Origin: Lama guanicoe
Lineage: Eukaryota
DNA length: 64,000 nt
Direction of reading: 5' to 3'
NCBI GenBank assembly: GCA_013239625.1
Contig: MU054212.1
Span: 3,543,041-3,607,040, forward strand
Shown here: positions 61,173 through 64,000 of the stretch, one piece after another
Layout of the letters: each line of letters begins with the position of its first letter
How positions within the stretch are numbered: the stretch's first letter is position 1
Translations under genes and position numbers: made by a program
Notes under the pieces: model-generated
The model's input: the letters and a program-made list of their open reading frames with translations, nothing else
The model's database searches: none
Told to the model about the DNA's origin: nothing

Positions 61173-61970
61173 GAAAAGTCAGTCCTCATCCTCACACACA
61201 TATACACTCATCTCTCAAGATGCTGTTTAATATTATTCATCTTAGTATGTTTTACATTTTGAAAAACATTTGAACGCTATTTTAACATAGGAATATTTTA
61301 TATACATGAAAGAAAATAAAAATATATTCTGATTGCTCCAAGTCTTTATAGATTTTATTAGTCAAAATGTTCTCACTGGTTTTTGTGTTGCTTTTACCTT
61401 AAAGAGCTCAACTTTATTCTTAATGTCATAATACAGATCCGCCTAGCATTGGGAATGACTCTAATATGATAAATTGTATTAACAAATGTCCTAGAGTGAA
61501 CTCTACTTTGTTGGGATGTACTGGTGACCCACAGCAAAGCCCGCCCAGGTAAAGCTCGGCGCAGTGAGAACTGCACTCACCAGTCTGTGAGGTCAGCGCC
61601 AACAGCAGACCTGCAGGGCCCTCCTCTGTGCTCTACCCTATGATTTTCCTTTTATAACAACAAACACTTAGCACAACATAAAAAAAAAAAAAGACAGCAA
61701 AAAGGGATGAAAAAGCCCGACTCCACCAAAAATGTCAACCAAGTGAGAACCAATAACGAAACCTGGGTACCCAACTGAGAATAAGCAGCTGAGAAATTCA
61801 GCGCAAAGACAGCAAAGTTCAGACCCCATGCTGACTTACCGTGTTGGCACGGACTTGACAGGCTGTGTGCAGCGAGGCACAAGGAGTGCTCTGGTCCTCT
61901 TTGGCGGCTCCTGGTCAAAGACTGAGGTCTGCAGCAAGGATCAGTGCAGGGGGTCTGGATGGGAGGTCCA

Positions 61971-62426
61971 TGAGAACTGTGAAAACAAGTTCACCCAAGT
62001 GAGGGCAAGAAGGGGCTACTCATTCAGCGCTTTCTACAGCAAGGGGGCCAGCCACCATCACTTGTGTTTGGCAGAAACGTCAAGGCAGGCAGAGAAGTGG
62101 GAAAGCCTTCTCATGGAAGCAGGATGCCTCCAGGTGAGCTCTGACTGGAGGCTGCTGCCACGGAGACACTGCAGGTGGGCTGGACGGAAGTGGAGCATCC
62201 TAGGCGATTGGTTAGGGGTGCATATTTGGCTTTCTCTGATTGGTCCTAAGTTGGAAGAAAGGGTAAAAATTAGGGAAGCTGTCAGTTATTAATCACATTC
62301 TAGCCATTTTAGACCAATTGTCACATGGCTATGTTTGGCCTCCTGGACTGGTTGCTGCAGGCTGGGGTCAGAGTTTTATTTTTATATATAGCCTGGCCAT
62401 TGTCCGTTTGCATATTTAGTCTCTCA
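61971..62426 (-). mobile_element. MER90-like ERV1 solo LTR
   Basis: gattggttaggggtgcatatttggctttctctgattggtcctaagttggaag...aaaattagggaagctgtcagttatt...ctggccattgtccgtttgcatatttagtctctca; TG...CA termini. Confidence 0.75.
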
Positions 62427-63264
62427 TTAAGAGAGAAATAAACATTAGGCCAGTAAGACGTCTTTCTTAATCTCTTGGGTGTCCTGGTCTCTGACTTCTG
62501 AGATCTCTTATTTCCTGTCTCCATAATCTTGGGGGGGTCACTTATTCTCTGTAAGCCCCAGATCTGAAAAATGACAGGTTTCATCTAGAAAACAGTTCCC
62601 AGCCTCATGTTGTGAGTGTATAAATGGATGGGAGAAATGGTTCTGGGGGAGGTGCACTTGGGTGGCGATTCAGAATTGCACAGAAGCCACAGGCTGCGTT
62701 ACCTGTGCGGCAAACTCGAGTGAGTGATGTGACGTGCAGCTCAGGTAAACGCTACCTGGCAGGTATCTCGCTATGGCGGGGTGGGGGGAAATGGTTGAAA
62801 ACCACTGGCCCGGTTAATCTGTCAGGTTCATTCCACTCCAGTTGTAATAAGGACCAATTCCCAGCTATAAACTCCCCAACTTTCAGTCTGTGCATGACTG
62901 TCACTGGCATTTATAAGAGTGGGAGCAAAAGTAAACATGGTCCTAATGACCTCCTTGGGGTCAACGGGCAGGTACGTGTTGATCAGAGGCCAAGATCAAA
63001 CAGTGGTATTGATCAAGCCATTAAGTTCCTCCTGGTTTTCCAGTCTCACTAACCGTCATCCTCTTCTCCTTTCAGGTGCTTAATTGTTCTTATGGATGTC
63101 TATTTCTGAAGACAATGTAAGGTAAAATGCCACATACTGCCCTCTTCGGATTACTGAAATAACAGGCCACCTTCGGTCATTTTGAAAAGTTTTGCCTAAA
63201 ATTGTGATGAATTTTCTTTTTTTTTTTTTAAATCTTGCTTACTTAGGTGTATATGCACAATGTT

Positions 63265-64000
63265 AGCTACTGACTTATTCAGTAAATATTTATCATTCCT
63301 AGTAGATATCAGGCCATGACCTGGGTCCTGGGAAACTATCAACAAATGAAAACAGGTAAGCCCTAGCCCTCGCTGCAGTTTGTGTTCTAACGCCATAAAC
63401 TGGACGTTCCTAAAGGTGATAAGTACTGGGAAGTAAACTAAGAGCTACGAGAGCATTGGGCAAGAAGGGACTTGTTCATCTAGCTCCTGAGCTACAGAGA
63501 CATTTACTTGAGTGAAGTCTTGAAGGATGAGTAGAAATGACAACCAGACGTCATACACCCAAAAGAAAATGTGCAAAATCGAAGAGGTTGACTCTGGATC
63601 AACACGCTGAGAATAACTTGCTAATGAATAGTCTCTATTCTCCAGATCAGTGGGGATCATTGAGGTTTTAGTTTTCTGTTTTTGAAGCAGAAAAAGAATG
63701 ACACAGCTGGATCTCATTTTCCATAGACCATTTGGGCGACTGTGCAGAAGGTGGATGGAAGGAGGAAGAGGCCAGTACGTGTCAGATGTAACCATCAAGA
63801 GGCTGGTGAGGCCCTACGCTAGAACACGGGCAGCAGTGGTGAAAAGAACGGATGGATTAAGGAGACATTCCCAAAGGGCAACTGGCAAGTCTTGCTGAAT
63901 GGCTTGTTCTAGAGGATAAAGGGACGCAGGAGAATCTGAGATGTCCTTAAGTTTTCCGTTGTACCAGACAGTGGAGTAAGAGAAGCAACTGAAACAGGAA
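63265..64000 (-). mobile_element. L2 fragment running to the window end
   Basis: ttattcagtaaatatttatcattcct...aggtaagccctagccctc...gacatttacttgagtgaagtcttgaaggatgagtag...gtggggatcattgagg...ggagaatctgagatgtcc. Confidence 0.7.

Noticed and set aside
61828..63052. 154-aa and 142-aa plus-strand ORFs
   Set aside because: The first lies largely within the MER90-like LTR; the second has no recognisable homology or exon context.
1..64000. Inferring a host gene strand from L1 orientation bias, or naming the locus
   Set aside because: Five minus versus three plus L1 pieces is uninformative, and no exon is recognisable to identify a gene.

Overview
This is mammalian non-coding DNA: either a gene desert or the interior of a large intron. 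I found no credible protein-coding exon, RNA gene, CpG-island promoter or CRISPR-like structure. The listed ORFs are chance ORFs or decayed L1 ORF2 remnants. Much of the window is interspersed repeats recognised by eye from recalled consensus motifs. These include L2, MIR, old L1M pieces, three copies of a younger cetartiodactyl-type L1 3' UTR, MaLR/ERVL/ERV1 solo LTRs (MLT1, LTR33, LTR41, MER31, MER41-like, MER90) and DNA transposons (MER5A, MER3, MER58, Charlie4, MER94, MER2B, plus an unassigned ~1 kb hAT-like element). Subfamily names and most boundaries are approximate and need RepeatMasker/Dfam confirmation. The repeat spectrum suggests an artiodactyl without ruminant, pig or whale SINEs, most likely a camelid (inference). 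The most interesting non-repeat signals are two divergently oriented extended CTCF-like sites (~54.2 and ~59.8 kb), a perfect PBX-MEIS decamer fused to an E-box (31.2 kb), and several repeat-free, homeodomain-motif-rich blocks that look like developmental enhancers. I found no convincing evidence of a novel biological system.
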